Positions 1-14,836 are shown, counted from the stretch's first letter. The stretch: 64,000 nt of DNA from Eledone cirrhosa (GCA_964016885.1 OZ024742.1:208816001-208880000), one strand, 5' to 3'. Numbers and translations are program-made. Notes: generated from the sequence alone by a model not told the origin.

Positions 1-392
1 CCACACTTGATAGCAAGAGAGTGCACACTATCCACTGTCGCAATCAGCGCACGTAGCTTCATCAGTGGGTTTCACTTCATCAATAACCAATTGATCGACG
101 GAATTCAATTCCACTCCGCGTCGGCTATGGCATTGAATTCGACAGTAGTTCGTTAGCAACTGAAATCCCTAGGCTTCATCACAATGCCGTCAACTGATTG
201 GCTACAGTTTCAGAAATGTACGTGACCGTAGGAGACGAAATTAAAATTCTTCCACCTCAGCCATAAGCACCCACCAACATATCTCAATCAAAAATTAACA
301 AGTGAGTAAAACATTCGGTTATTAGAGAAAATCAATCTCCTATCGCTATACAATAGAATGGTAGTATTGGACTCCAGTCTCGAAGTAACATA

Positions 393-393
393 C

Positions 394-481
<88 letters not shown>
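393..481. repeat. (GATA)n microsatellite forming the 3' tail or target of the adjacent LINE
   Basis: Perfect tetranucleotide run directly after the minus-strand LINE end TAAATAAAGAAACG. Confidence 0.95.
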
Positions 482-482
<1 letters not shown>

Positions 483-483
483 C

Positions 484-1540
484 GTTTCTTTATTTAATGC
501 AAGTGCGCACAATAAATGGGACATTACAAGACGTGATGTCGGGGGTTATAACAATTAAAATTAAACAATCGAAATCCCAAATAGAGGGTAACGTTTCTTC
601 GGGGTTGTTTTACAACCCGTAGATAGACCAACCCTCAACACCGTGAGTACATTTTGTATGTGTACTCGTCTTCCCTCTTTTGTCCTCTTCAACATACAGG
701 TTTATATACAGAGAAAGCCCATTCACTCAAGCCATTTTCGCAACATTTATCCACCTTTCAGCGAATTTACTGGGTTGTAGCACCTCTCTCTCCACTCTCG
801 CCTTCCTTCTGAAGTGGTACTTAAAGAAGTGGATGAGTTTTTGTCTGGAGAGAAAGGTGTTTGCTCTCAGTTCTTTCAGTCTCGTCCACCACATTACTTC
901 ATTCGCAATAGGCACCAGACAGAGGAATACCGCCTTCCATTCGGTGTTAAATGAAGGCGGCGGGGTAATCCTCACGATGGATTCAGCTGACAGCTGGATT
1001 CGTCCCAGAGGTGACAGTAGCTATTCGACATAATTCGACAGGTCGGAGACCCCTGGATACTGAACAATTGCGTGCAGAACGGTTTCGATGTCCTGCTCGC
1101 ATCTTGGATAGGTCCTTTTGCCAGGATCCCTGCCGGGGCCTCTGTGCCTCTAGATTTTGTCTCTCTCGAACTGGTGGAGCTTTGTGATAGCACTGCCAGG
1201 TCAGAGACCTTTGGAAAGTCCTCTCGAACAGACTGGCCAGTTCGACGCCCAGATTCTCCCTGAGAACGCCGTCACACTTATCCTCCACTAATCTTCAATA
1301 GAAAGTTTGCCTTGAAGTCTACACTGATTGTCATTTCCGGACCGTGCTCACCTGATCGCATTGTAAGTGCCAGGCTCCCATTCTCGCTCTTCGCTTAACA
1401 CAGGACTGCTGCTCTGTTTGCGAGACGAAGTGTGGAAAAGATTGACTCACGAACGATGACCACATTGTTCACCGGTCAGGAAAACCTTCAGATGGCGTAA
1501 CTTCCGCGTGTGTTTGTGCATCATCAGACATGACATGCCC
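484..1540 (-). mobile_element. Decayed 3' part of an L1/Tx1-like non-LTR retrotransposon
   Basis: Frameshifted minus-strand peptides include PRCEQDIETVLHAIVQ (CCHC-knuckle-like) and KAVFLCLV..EVMWWTRLKELR..FFKYHFRRKARVEREVL. Homologous to 23632-24102. Ends in AATAAA plus (TATC)n. Confidence 0.7.
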
Positions 1541-1964
1541 TGACAGACAGACAGAAAAAAAGAGAGAGCGAATAAAGTGATAACTAGAGACACGGACACG
1601 CAGAAAAATAGGCAGGCAGATATAGTTTTAGTTTTATTTTAAACCAGGTAGTAGTGTGAATGCATTACCAGATAGCAATTGATAGTGGATTATAATCAAT
1701 TGATAATCCTAAATGCATTAGCGGTATGTCTCCGCTATGAGGGGGTTCAGGTCAGTTGGCCGCGCCTAACCCATTTTAACAACGCAACCACGTAATCGAA
1801 GGATGAAAGAAAACAAAGAAAAGAAAATAATGGGATGGTGGACCTGAAGCTGAGGTGTCTGTCCTAAATAGAAAGTTAATCAACGCAGTGATAAAGTTTA
1901 AACAATGTTGTCTATGATCAAGATGAAGTAAGAGTGTATTTGAATACATATAAAAATGAGAAAA

Positions 1965-2835
1965 CTCATCGGAGTGCAATACCGACCCACCGTGGCAGTC
2001 AGTTTCATAGTGTACCACGCTAGCTCCGCAGTGCCATATACCCACATCTTAGTTTCCAAAATTATATCCCCATTGCCAAACTGCAACACCCTAATTCCAT
2101 ATTTCCATAATGTGTCATTCAAGATTCCCAGTGCCATAATGTGTTACTATAGCCTCGCAGTGCCATACTGCAACAATCTAGCTTCAAAGCGCCATATTTT
2201 ACCACACTATTTCATCATTCCCATAGTGGGTCACACTAGCTCCGTATTTCCATACTGTGTCACTGAAGCTCCCCAGTTCCAAAGTATCCCACCCTAAATC
2301 TACTGTACCTTAGTGTGTCACTCTAGCCCCGCAGTGCAATACTGCGGTACCCTGGCTTCAATGTGCCGTATTTTGTCACCCTATCTTCCCACGGCCATAC
2401 TGCTTCACCCTGGCCACCCAGTTCTATAATGTGCCATCCTAGCCCGCAGTGCCATATTGTAGCAGCCTAGCTTCAAAGTGCCATATTTTACCACACTATC
2501 TCCCCAATGCCATACTGCGACATTCCAGTTCCATATTTCCGTACTGTGTCAGTCAAGCTTCCAAGTGTATTAGTGAGTCACCCTAGCTCCGCATTGCCAT
2601 TGTGCAATACCATAGCTCCGAAGTGCCATAGTATCTCACTCTGGCACCGCAGTGCGCTACTGCGGCACCCTATCTTCCCATGACCATACTGTTTCAGCCT
2701 AGCCAGCCAGTCCATAATGTGCCACTCTCACACCACAGTGCCATAATGCGGCACCCTAGCTTCAAAGTGCCTTATTATCCAACAATATCTCTCCATTGCC
2801 ATAGGGTATCACCTTAGTTCCACAGTGCCATACCT
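1965..2835. repeat. Degenerate ~29-bp minisatellite with a ~289-bp higher-order period
   Basis: Monomer resembles CTAGCTCCGCAGTGCCATACTGTGTCACC. The variant CTAGCTTCAAAG(C/T)GCC recurs at 2178, 2467 and 2756. Confidence 0.8.
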
Positions 2836-2844
2836 TCAACGTAG

Positions 2845-3366
2845 CTGACAAATAAGTTGGCGTAACTAGGACCCATTCTTGTATGCATGGCTCCCTCCAT
2901 CGTCTGTTGGTAAATCTCACCCGAGAAGAGAAACAGTTGAGGGAGAGGAGCAAGAGGTTAAGCGAATAAGGGTTGAGGTGGACGGTAGAGAGGAGGGGCG
3001 AAGGTATTGTTGCAGAGCCAGGAGACCTTCGATATGGGTAATGACAATGTATATGGGTTTGACGTCAAGGGCGAAGAGTAGGAGTGGCGAGCGAGATGAG
3101 GGAGTCGAAGAGGCGCGTTTGGTGACAGACATATGAGACGGTAGGTTGGCTACCAGAAAGGCCGAAACAAGTTCAGTAGGGTAATTACACACTGAAACGA
3201 TGGGGTGGCCGGGGTTATCGGGCTTGTGTAAGGAGGAAATAGATAATAGAGGTCCGTGGAGTGCGGACGAGAGTGGTAGAAGAGAGGAAGAGACGAGCTG
3301 GCGTATAGTGGATTTGACCTGTTGCTGGTATTGAGGATTGGGATCAGTGGCAAGGAGGTGGTACAC
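2845..3366 (-). mobile_element. Penelope-like element reverse transcriptase fragment (pseudogene)
   Basis: [26 protein letters not shown]...LLFALDVKPIY..ITHIEGLLAL matches the PLE RT motifs K(I/L)HK..P.RPIVS and DV.SLYT.IP. Confidence 0.85.
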
Positions 3367-3379
3367 ACAAACACATTAT

Positions 3380-3437
3380 ATATACATACGTATATATATA
3401 TATAATGTATATATATATATATACGTATATATGTATA

Positions 3438-3530
<93 letters not shown>

Positions 3531-3740
3531 CATATATATATGTATATATATATATATTGGTAAACGGAATAGAAAATGCTAACAAATTGTTCACAGTGAA
3601 AAATAGTTTAATTAGGAATAAGTGAGAATTAGTAATGGTATTAGTTAGTATTAAGTTTTGGTTTTAAGTTTTACCGGTTGCGCATTTCTAATGCTTTTCA
3701 AAAATAATTTTGAGATAGAGCGTCCGTGTTGTTTGCTCTG

Positions 3741-3776
<36 letters not shown>

Positions 3777-3826
3777 GTATATATATATAATGTATATATA
3801 TATATATATATACGTATATATGTATA

Positions 3827-3884
<58 letters not shown>

Positions 3885-3885
3885 C
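3380..3885. repeat. Two (TA)n-rich microsatellite blocks
   Basis: Visible TA runs at 3380-3557 and 3745-3882. Confidence 0.9.
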
Positions 3886-4468
3886 ATGTATGTAGGACAC
3901 CCATATGTTTGGACTCGATAATAAGATAAGTAGAAATGTTATTGGTAAGGATGTCGGGTGCGAAAAAAACAAAGGTTCAGAACGAATGCATTATTTTCTT
4001 GAAATTTCATGAAAAATAGTGCTATGTACTTAGTAATGTAAGACGATAAGAAGGTTGTTATAAAAGTTTATCTCACTACCTCCAACTGACACACACTTCA
4101 GAAATACATTTCCTACACGTTCAGACGACAGCCATTCTTCAGGTGTGGTCAGATATCAGTAAATACCGAAATAACTTTGAAAAGAAGTGGATGACGTTTA
4201 AGGAGGGCTTCCCGATTTTATTTTCCTTAAGTATTTTATCTGTTGTTGTTACTTACATAAGTGCTTTTTTATTTACTTTTGTCAAGAAATTGCTGTTGTT
4301 TTTTTACTAGTATCTGCCACACAAGAGATTCATGGCGACGTCTTTTATGTAGCCAAAATACGGGATCATATTCGCATGTAAGTAACATGTAATCTTACGC
4401 TGTCATATTTTTTACTGCTTTCGAAAAACAAAAAACACACATGTTGTGATGATTATAATAACAACTGC

Positions 4469-4640
4469 AAGAAGAAGAAGAAGAAGAAGAAGAAGAAGAA
4501 GAAGAAGAAGAAGAAGAAGAAGAAGAAGAAGAAGAAGAAGAAGAAGGGGGTGAAGAGGAGAATGAGGTGGAGGAGAAGGAGGAGGAGGAGGGGAGGGGGG
4601 TGAATGGGAGGAGGAGGAGAAGAGAGGGGGGGGGGGGTTG
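4469..4640. repeat. (GAA)n and (GGA)n purine tract
   Basis: Directly visible. Confidence 0.9.
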
Positions 4641-7600
4641 TTTGGGGTGATGAAACAGTTTATTACTCCAATCATGTGTGTGACTGTCGATTCTGCTCTA
4701 ATTGCACACTTCAGCACGTCACATTTCCGGTTATTGGCCATCACTCCAATCAACTGTAGCTTAATACGATCAGCTGTAGGCTTTGCGCATCACAAATACC
4801 ATATTCAGCTTCTAGTAACGGAGTACCTCTGGGTCCTACTTAAATCAATTCTGTAGATCACACATTTATGATCGATGTAGCAGACCATTTGTACTACAGG
4901 CAACCTGTACTACACGTTTCTGTTGACCCTATATAAATAGCATTTGGATGACCAGGTGTGTTGCTCCATGTCCACATTGATAAGTAAATGTAGTCAGCGG
5001 TTCATAAGCAACTTAACATTTCTGAGGAAGTATTCGAGGGTGTTATATTACCTGCTTGTAAAGACTAGTTCTACAAAATTCTATATTGCGTCTAACACAA
5101 AATTCCGCTCGATAATGACGAACTAAAACAACGCCTAACTAACCCTGATAAGTATTTGATGAGAAAGGAATTGTGCCAGTCTAAGTAAAGTGTTTTGGTC
5201 CAAGGAATTGCTTAATGCTAGGAACATGCGACCTAGTTGGTTTGTACAATTATAACAACAACAAAAAAAAAAATATTTTCAAAAGTCAAAATGATTGTCT
5301 TCGTACGCAAATCCTATTTAATTCCATCGTAATACTTCTGCAACAATTTCAACCTTTTACAACATATCACACGCTGTAACATTGCAAATATATAAAATTC
5401 TTATTCCTTTGAAGCGGATCATTTCAGAATTCTTAATGTGCTAATTTTCCCCTTCCAACCACCCCTTAACTGTATAAACTTTAATTGGGCATCACTATTG
5501 TCTACCAGGACAAACAACGAAAATTACTCTAGTGACTGTCTCTACTTATAAATTTTAACTAAATCTTTAGCTAAATTCTTTTTTAAATAAACTTCATTAA
5601 AATAATATGACATTGAAGATTAGGCAGTCTATCAGTGGTTACCACAAAGATGTTAATTATAGTAGAGAGCCTGTATATACATTCACATACGCAAACACTC
5701 ACACGAACATACTTTTATACAAATACTAGACCACCAGTGAGCCTTTGGGTCACGTTCCCTTTAAAATAATGTTCAAATAATTAAAATATACACATATATG
5801 TATATAATGTAAAGTGAAATTGGAAGGCCCATATATATATGTGTGTGTGTGCGTGTGTACATATATATATATATATGTGTGTGTGGTTGTGTGTGTGTGT
5901 GTGTGTATTTATTCAACAACAACACCAACTCTCTCTCTCTCTTCCATTTTTCTTCTCTCTCTCTCTTTCAACCCCTCCCTCTCTATGTTGTTTCAACTTG
6001 CTCTCTCACATCTATTATCGCTTTCTCTCTATCTTTCTCATTCTCTATTTATGAAGGTACCCCAAAAAACCCGTATCACGGGGACCCGTGCTCCGAATAC
6101 GCGAAACTTGATTCATTCTATTTGTATTCCCATTTCAAGGGCAATTTGCTTTCAAAGTATCTTCCCATCATGCACCATTTTGGCTGTATTAAATTACAGA
6201 CAAGCACACAATAATAGAGTTTTAGTAGTATATAGACATATGCATATGTACACACATCATAGTGTGTTTTGTATGTATATATTTGTATGTATTCAGGTAT
6301 GTATGTAGGTATGTATGTATCATATATTTACCGATTGTCTTAAACATTTGTGCGAATGAGTTTTATATATTTCCTATTTAAATGTATTTACGTATGTAAT
6401 AGTGTGTATGTTGTATATATGTGTACGTGTAATATTGTGTAGGTTGTGTATATATGTATATGCATGTAATATTGTATATGTTGTATATATGTGTATGTAT
6501 GCTATTTATATACATAAATATAGCCATAATTATTAGTTTGATTTGTATTTTCTGTGTATTCTACGTGTCTACCAACATAAACATATATAATGGCATATTA
6601 AACAACTTTGGAAGAGTTATCTTCCTTTGATTGCTGAATTGGTTAGACAATTTTTTCCAAGCTAGAACTTAGCTACATTTAATATGTCTTTCAACTACGA
6701 TATAATTACCTCTTATTTTCAGTCATTCTCTTACATTTTAATATCTTTTTTATATATATTTTAACTTCAAGTCTCCTGAATTTCTTTGATTGCAGTCGAC
6801 AGCGTCTACAATGTTACAGTACTATTATTAAACATGTTTTCTTATTTTTCTTTCTTCTAAGTATTGTTGTTGTTGTAAACTTTGCAATATTTCATGTTAC
6901 TTCATTTAATTTTATATATTTTCCAACATTTTATTTATTTTAATGCACTTCATATATTCCTGCAATCGTTTTTATTGACTACTAAACACTATCTTGAAGG
7001 CCATTAAAAGCTAGATAGGCCTGTCAAAGTAAGATTGGATATAAACGTGCAAAATGGCCAATCAAAATCGATAGTTTTGTTTGAGACATTGAGGACGAGA
7101 ATAAAATAAGATAAAAGAAGCTACAATTATTGAAGTTTTTCAGTTAAAATATTCATTATGTGGATGACGTGAAAATACATTTTTTCTTTTCTTTTCCACT
7201 ATTACTTTTATTTTTATGTTTCGTCCTTTCGAGGATACGTAAACAAACGTATGCAAAGTGGATCTAAATACTATTCTAATAACACTATTTATCTTTTGAT
7301 AGCTAGCCTGAACTCTATATTTTCCTATATAATTAACAATCACTCTCTTAAGCAGAAGAGTATTTTTTAGGAAGGAAAATAGTTGAATGCTGATTGGAAC
7401 CTAGTCAAATAATTACTGATTGCTAGGATATAAAAGACATCCAACTCCAAACGGTATTAAAGATATGATGCACAAGTGTAAATAATCTTGTCAACATATT
7501 AATGTTGATAGTAACCTACATGCTCATTTGTACGACATTCAACCTCATGATGTAAACCTGGTCAAGCTATACTGATTAATGGTGGATAGATGAGAAATTG

Positions 7601-9235
7601 AAGTATACTTCTTTCCCTCGTAAGAATAATTAAATGGTACGCACCAGTAAATTTAGCAATGTCCTTATAAGATTAGGCTCATTAAGTGGCATAATCTACA
7701 TAATAAAAATCTCAGTTCGTGTTTTTAACGAGGTTATAATTCACAAAGATTTAACTAAGTTAACAGGAAACAAATCGAATAGTTTCCCTTGATTTTATCA
7801 TGGGAACGAATGGGTGAGGCAATAAATAATCATTATAAATAGGAAAACGATTTTCTTTACTGAATTGAAAGCTATTTAAAAATCATAATTAGCATATTGT
7901 GTCTAATCTGTTAGAGTAAATCTCGAGTAAATACTTTTCTTTCCGTGATCTGAAGTGAATGGAGTGAATACCAAAGTCAACCCAATCAAGGTATGAACAC
8001 AGAAAAGTAAAATTATAAATGATATCCGTGAGTCATATTCAGCCATCTAGGTATTTGTTTATCTAACCTTCCACCAGGGAGCAAAATATATCATCTTGAT
8101 GAGACTGTCATGCACCATCAATACTGGTAAACTTGGAAACGCACAATTGCCGAACAGGGAGCCATATTAAACTGAATTTAGCTCTTATTTTCGCAGCGAA
8201 GCTACCCGTAAAGTAGCTCTCATGAATCTTGGTCATAAAAATCGGGTAAAAGTGTGGTCCAGTAATCTTAAGATTTCTCATGTATGTAGTACCAGAAAAC
8301 GTAATGTGCCTGTTGCCCTTATTAGTGGGAACCTCATATTTTGAATGTTTTAACATCACAACATTTTAGGAAACTTTTAACCAAAGATTTAGATTAGTAC
8401 CGCTTCTCGACAAACTGAGACTAACTACACGTTCCTTTACCCAATACCACTTTTTAGCAATAGAGACAGGTGATACTAGAATTTAGCAATGTAGTAAGAT
8501 CTCTGTTCATTCCCATGGATATTCCAATTATTGTGGAATATATTTCACATCCTCACATACACATGAACTAATGTCTGAGGCAGATAAATGACTGAAACTA
8601 GCTGAGTAGCTATCTGTCTTCACGATCAATATACAAACAAGATTCATAACGTAGAAAAGGGCGCATTATTCTATCTCACGATTACTTATCGTGAAAAACA
8701 TAATTGAAACATTAAGTATCACTACAATTAAGAAGATTCACAATCTCGCATATAACATTGTCAACGTTGAATCATACAACTGAATCCATCCCAACACTTA
8801 TCAGTTTCTAATTCTTTGGTTAGCTCAATTCAACTAAATTGGAGAATAGTATACTCCATTTTTTAAGATGAGACTCTTCCTAAATTATCATATATATCTA
8901 TGCTAAACACCAACCACATAAATCAAACCAATCTAGAAACGTCGAAACGTCGAAATAGTTCATAGTGACAGTCGAATTGATTATCATTCGCTTACCCTTC
9001 ACCAGTCAATGATAGATTTTCTCCATATTCAACGGAAACACTTCGTCGTTTCAACATTATGATGTAGACCTCGTCAAGATGTCTTGAAGTGAATTAATCA
9101 GAAATTAGTATTTCCTTTTTGTCTCTGTAAGAATAATTAAATAATATACAAATCTAAATTTAGCAACTTGCGTATGAAATTAGGCGGTTTAAAATCATAT
9201 AAATGTAATTACTTTATAATTCAGATACTTACTGC

Positions 9236-9580
9236 GGCGCACAATGCAGATGAAAGGAAGACAAACAAATACGGGTGATTGTCAGGTCGTTTCCTCTTCG
9301 CTCCGATCGTCGGCGAGACCTCAGGCGTAATTGGACCCCGTACTGCCGAGCTCCTCCGCAAGATCTGAACGTCAGCTACCCATCCGAGGAAGGAGCCCCA
9401 TAGCAAGGGGTGGCTTTTGCAGCGGGTGTCGTTAGCCATTGTCCTCAGAAATGTTTTTGCGGCCGTTTCTGCGAGACACGGCCCCAAAACTGCTGCACCC
9501 TAGGCCTAGAGCCCATCACCCTTCCCCTACCTTGTCCCATTTTCTGTGACCCTAGAGCTCTTGTCTTTTCTTTTATTTTC
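9236..9580 (+). mobile_element. 3' end of a CRE-like non-LTR retrotransposon (restriction-like endonuclease)
   Basis: AAHNADERKTNKYG*LSGRFLFAPIVGETSGVIGPR..LLRKI...WLLQRVSLAIVLRN matches the K..KY / F.P.A.ET.G..G / QR.S.AI..GN pattern of CRE C-termini. Confidence 0.7.
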
Positions 9581-11459
9581 CGTTTTTAAATATATGTAGT
9601 GTTGTTCTTATTTGAAATAGATTTGTTGAGGATTTTTAAAAATATTATTATTAAAGCGTTCTTTTTTAAATTATAAAGGAACCAGCAATCAGCCCTGGCC
9701 AAAAGGAGATATTGTTTCATTCCTTTAATTACCCACAAACCAGTGCAAGTAAATACAGTGAATTCCATAACCTTTTGATGAACAAGGCTATCTTTTAGTG
9801 ATCAGTCCTATTGAGGTCGTATCCTATATGTCCACTATATAAATAAAAGACAAATTAAACCCCAAGTGAATTTATTTCCGAATGCAAAGAGTGGTTGTCA
9901 CTAAATATCGCTCTAACGATTCTACCAAAACTTTCAACTGGACTAATGGAATATTAACTGTCTTAGATACAAGAAGAGATTTGTACTATGAATAACGAGT
10001 CTTATGCGTTCGCATATATCCCGTTCGAATATTGTCTACAGTTAGGCATTGTTTTGCTTTTGTATGTAAACCCAACTCTGAGTAATTTGATCTATTCGGT
10101 CAAACAACTTTAATCGATCCATTGATTCATCATATCAGTTGCAGCGTGCTCCACATTCGAAAAAATGCATTCTTTGTGTATATAGTGGAGGTTTGGGCAA
10201 GCTATTGGTGTTTAATGGTTCAGTCTTTTCCAGTTTACCTATAGCTCAGATGATTGCAACATTGAATAGAAGTGGATTCCGTCTCACCACGACGTTAAAT
10301 ATTCTACTATACTTCTCACATTGTTTTGCATATTCGAACATGCCAATAAACCACGTACATGCACTTTGATTGGGTGTGGGATCTCATCTTCATTTATCTA
10401 AAAGAGATGAGCACTAGCAAACCCATCGGCAATTAAGATTTTTGAAATAGAAGGGCACATGCTTTTTTGATAATCCTTTCTAATAGTGACTCAACATATT
10501 AATTTCAGAGGAAATATAGCCGGCACATTCGACATGGATACGTACCATGCAGTAAGTGTAAGGAACATTAAGTTTAAATGCTGTGCGATTTGAATTAAAT
10601 ACATGAAAATATTTAATGAAATACATTTTAGCCAGTATTTACCGATTCTATCACACTCTCTCTTGAATGCAATTTTCAGTTGTTAAGATTCTTAAAGTTA
10701 CATATATCATAAAAACAAAGACCAAGATCACGAGGCGTATTTAACAAAGAAGCAATAGTGAGCTGGTTGAATTGTTGGGCTATATATTTTGAATCATTGA
10801 TTTTTTACAACAGTTGATATCAGGATTTCTGTCTTTCTCAAGTAGATCCAGCATCTATCAATATAAAAGAGAGTGTAATTTTTTTCAAACCGTACATCCT
10901 TCAGACTTGTTTTGATTCAAAGTGTTACACGACGCCTGAAGGCTGGAAATATCTACACAAAAGCAATTACTAAATAAATGTACTTCTTTTTTTTTATATG
11001 ACACCTATTTTAACAATAAATCCTTTGTATTCGAATAATTTGAAAAGATTTTGTAATTCCCTTTCTCAGAATTGCGGCAAAACATTTTTGTGGAAAAGAA
11101 TTCGTTTTACAACAAATTTATCAGAAATACTATTCGAGGTTTTTTTTTATTAAAGAATAACCCCTGTTCTACTTTTATTTGTTAAAATTGTTTGTTGCTG
11201 TTTTGTGGATGTAATGTGATGTATGTTCCTATATGTTTCTGCTATTTATTAACGCTTGATAGTATGTAGAGGGAAGGGAACCCTTGTGATTGTCTATGAT
11301 AATAGCAATCCAGAGACAAGACCAATCTGTGAAAGACAAGAAATATTTTAAAGATAATAATCGATAAATGCAAATCTAACATAGGAAATTCTTTTTAGGG
11401 ATTTAAAATTGCACAAAAATTCACTATGTAAACTTACATTTATTTCTTAATATCGTGAG

Positions 11460-11620
11460 TGCGACTGGTGCAACATCTCATATGGTCGGGTCGTCGGGGA
11501 CTAAACCGGCAACCCACTAACTGTGCTTGGTGCGGAGGGTGATTTTAGACACCCTGCAGGATGAAAAACAAAACCTAACAAAAGGCGGAGGGTCGCATGT
11601 GAGTCAACGCCCATCGAATA
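11460..11620 (+). repeat. Interspersed repeat fragment, probably an RTE 5' UTR; homologous to 16960-17115
   Basis: Shares ATGGTCGGGTCG..GACTAAAC.GGCAACCC...CCTGCAGGA..AAAAACAAAACCT with the 16.96 kb copy. Confidence 0.6.
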
Positions 11621-12243
11621 GTGCGTATATATCATGTGGGTGTGTAAATATGTATATGTTAATTTAAGATTGTGCAGAACTGGTTGAAACTTGATGGTCT
11701 TTTATAGCGTCCCCATGTTTACTAGTGTCTGTTCAACATGCCACTGAGCGAACTGATGACCTAGCCTCCCTGTTTGAAGACTGACCTGAATGGTGAAAAG
11801 CCACATCTTACACGAGGCGTCTTTGATATGGCTATGATAGGATAGTATAGCAGAACAGGTCAGATCTAGAAGGGTAAGCTTCGATAATAAACCTGCTTGT
11901 CTCATATTAACAGTAGCTCATGCGACGAAATCAGTTTAATTAGATGACCTCTGCATTGTAAATTCAACTATTAATTCGACAAGGGTTTGGATCAATCAGT
12001 CCATTTCGCGAGAAATCTATGAATACGTAGGTTCTGCAAGCCCGCATATATTCTAGCCAATTAAAATGAATGTTTCACCTTCGATGGAGGTATGACTTTA
12101 TACGGATATGATTTGTCAAACGTCTCGACATATACCCGTGCCGGATTTCTGCGTCTTTTGCCGTGGGATTGTGTTAGTAAAAAGTTCGAGCTCATATCAA
12201 CACTTGCCAGGCAAATATAACTCCCAATAAGAGATACATAGCC

Positions 12244-12275
12244 AGAAGAAGAAGAAGAAGAAGAAGAAGAAGAAG

Positions 12276-12310
<35 letters not shown>

Positions 12311-12372
12311 AAACAACAACATCATCAACAACAACAACAACAACAACAGCAACAACAAGAGCAACAACAATA
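12244..12372. repeat. (GAA)n-(CAA)n compound microsatellite
   Basis: Directly visible. Confidence 0.9.
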
Positions 12373-13250
12373 ATGTAAATATGTGGAAACGATATTGAGC
12401 TGGCTAAAGGAATTGTAGAGTAAATGGATATCGAGTGTGAGTAAGAGGATAATACGAACGGCTACAAATGTTTAACACCAGAACTAACAACAAATTCCTT
12501 AAATGACTGTCGTTATCGGGGCTTTATACTAAGATTAGCACTTGCAAGAGTGCGTTTATATTTCCATGGATATAAACATACTTACATGGATATATAGAGA
12601 TATGTTGATGGTTACTGCGATTAAAATAAGTGTAAGTAAAAACTGAGAAAGAATAGAATGTCAACCGCGGGTGTAAAAATAGTGGGGGGTAAATTTAGAG
12701 AGGATAGAGAAGGAAATAGGGAAAACGAAGAATAAGAAGAAATGGATGGTGGACGAAAATGTATAGAACACAAAAAGAAGGGTAAAAGGGAGAAAAAGCC
12801 AGAAAGAGTGAAAGAAGGACAGATATGAAGGAAGAAATGAAAGAAATAAAGAATTAGCAGTATAACAACAACAGTAAATACAGTAAGGTAGAAGCAACTG
12901 TAGTAAGCAATTAGCAGCTCAACATTTTTTTAGTCTCCTTTGCCTTCAAATGAGTTTGGGATTTCTTAATTTTCTCATGTACCTACATGGACCGTAAAGT
13001 TTATGAACATTAGAAAGAGATTGAAAATACATTAATTCATTTCATATATATGTGTGTGTGTGTGCGCGCGCGTGTGAATGTTTGTGCGTGTGTGTGTGTG
13101 TAGCATGGGTCAATATGGGAGTATGTATGCATGTGCAAATATGTGTATTTATAATTTGTTTATTTAGCAAAGTGCTCGACAAGAGCAAAACATAGAAGTG
13201 CGTGAGGGTTACTTAGAAAAAATATTAGTGAAATAAAGCATAAACCCAAT

Positions 13251-13326
<76 letters not shown>

Positions 13327-14482
13327 ACACACACACTCTCAAAAACGCCCACCCAGACACAATCACATTCACGCAGACACGTACACACATACACACACAT
13401 ATATAAATGCCGACTTCTTTTCATACGTCAACCAACTGTCAACTGATCTTCTTGACAAATCTGGGCTGACATTTAATTTGACCACGCTTCCATCCGATAA
13501 AAAAGATGTCATGAGTTATAGCAAGGCGCAATGCCATTCACTTTAGTGATTGTGCTTTCATAGAAGAATTCAAGCGGAAAAAAGAAAGAAAGGCGGTCGT
13601 AATGTTTAAGAATTGTTAGATTCTTAAATGAATATTTGAAAATACTGACACACAGTTTCATATTAACATACTTGAATGTTACTGATTACGCGGGCACGTA
13701 GACACTCACACATATATATTTATGTTTGTGTCTGTGCATAGAGACTTAATGTCATATATATTTCATATATGTTTGTGTTAGCATACTGTAATTATCATAG
13801 ATATACATATCGCCTGTAAATTGTCGATGAGGGAGTTAACTGAAAACCTCAAACCTCAAACTGTGCTGACGTTTACCTTGAGGCAAGGTAGGCGCCATTC
13901 TTCTATTTGATAAATTCTAAAGCCATGGTTGAGGAAACGCCTAGTACATTTATATTATCATCATACAGGGACGTAAACACAAACAAGACATTCATGAAAA
14001 ACATAAACATTGAATTGCTAGCTTGAGTGGACTTCATGTTTTGCATATACATTTTTCTGGATATTACTGATTTTCCAGAAAACCAGACAAACTAAAGAGA
14101 GGGGGAATTAAATCCCCTTATTAGAGACAGATTGAAATAGCTGCAGTCAGTAAACATCCGGGCCTATCATTTATGCATTTGATTATATCTCATGCATATT
14201 GCTCCTAGTTTTCTTTCGAAGGATTTGTTAGTATTGATATGCTAAGTAAGTACGTATATATCTACTTTTATGAAGTGTCTATATACAAATCCTCATTGCT
14301 TCGTTGTAGTTTCGTATGTTATAAGGGACGTTTAACTGGATAATAAGTATGATAACGTGTATTAAAATATTGAAGGTTTGATATTATGGTGGTGTTCTTA
14401 TTAAAAATCACACTTCTTATCATGTTGGATACAATCTTTTAAGTAACCACAGTAATTATGATTATTCTAAATTTGTAACATC

Positions 14483-14785
14483 AGGTAATTCATCGAAGTG
14501 TGGCAGACACAGGACAGCTGATGGTCAGCCGAGCGATACCTGTCGGTCATAATTATGATGACGTAGACAACCAGCGGCCAATAACAGGAGCGCGAAGAGG
14601 ATGAAGTTTTTGACGCTAACACCCAGTGAAAGAATTTGCTCCAAAATCATTAGACGTGTCCGTCGAACCTGCGGGTCCAGAATCAGACAGATCCACACAA
14701 TGATCGCGTCTCGAGCTATCGCCGGCGAAACAATAGTAGCACACAATAAATTAAGTTCAGATGCCTCACTGATTTTTCGTTTTAG

Positions 14786-14790
<5 letters not shown>
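14483..14790 (+). mobile_element. Solo PLE terminal-repeat copy (family B) with a hammerhead-like fold at 14656-14742
   Basis: Closely similar to 31008-31315 and to the reverse complement of 24240-24550. Confidence 0.75.

Positions 14791-14836
<46 letters not shown>

Noticed and set aside
1965-2835. Possible CRISPR-like array
   Set aside because: Contiguous degenerate monomers with no unique spacers, no cas genes, and a eukaryotic context.
4085-4152. Minus-strand CACAC-CTGAAGA..GAAA..GTGTG motif
   Set aside because: Stems II and III are not convincing.
7960-8560. Higher-complexity stretch with short minus-strand ORFs (possible host exon or pseudogene)
   Set aside because: No recognisable domain and no convincing splice structure; would need BLASTx.
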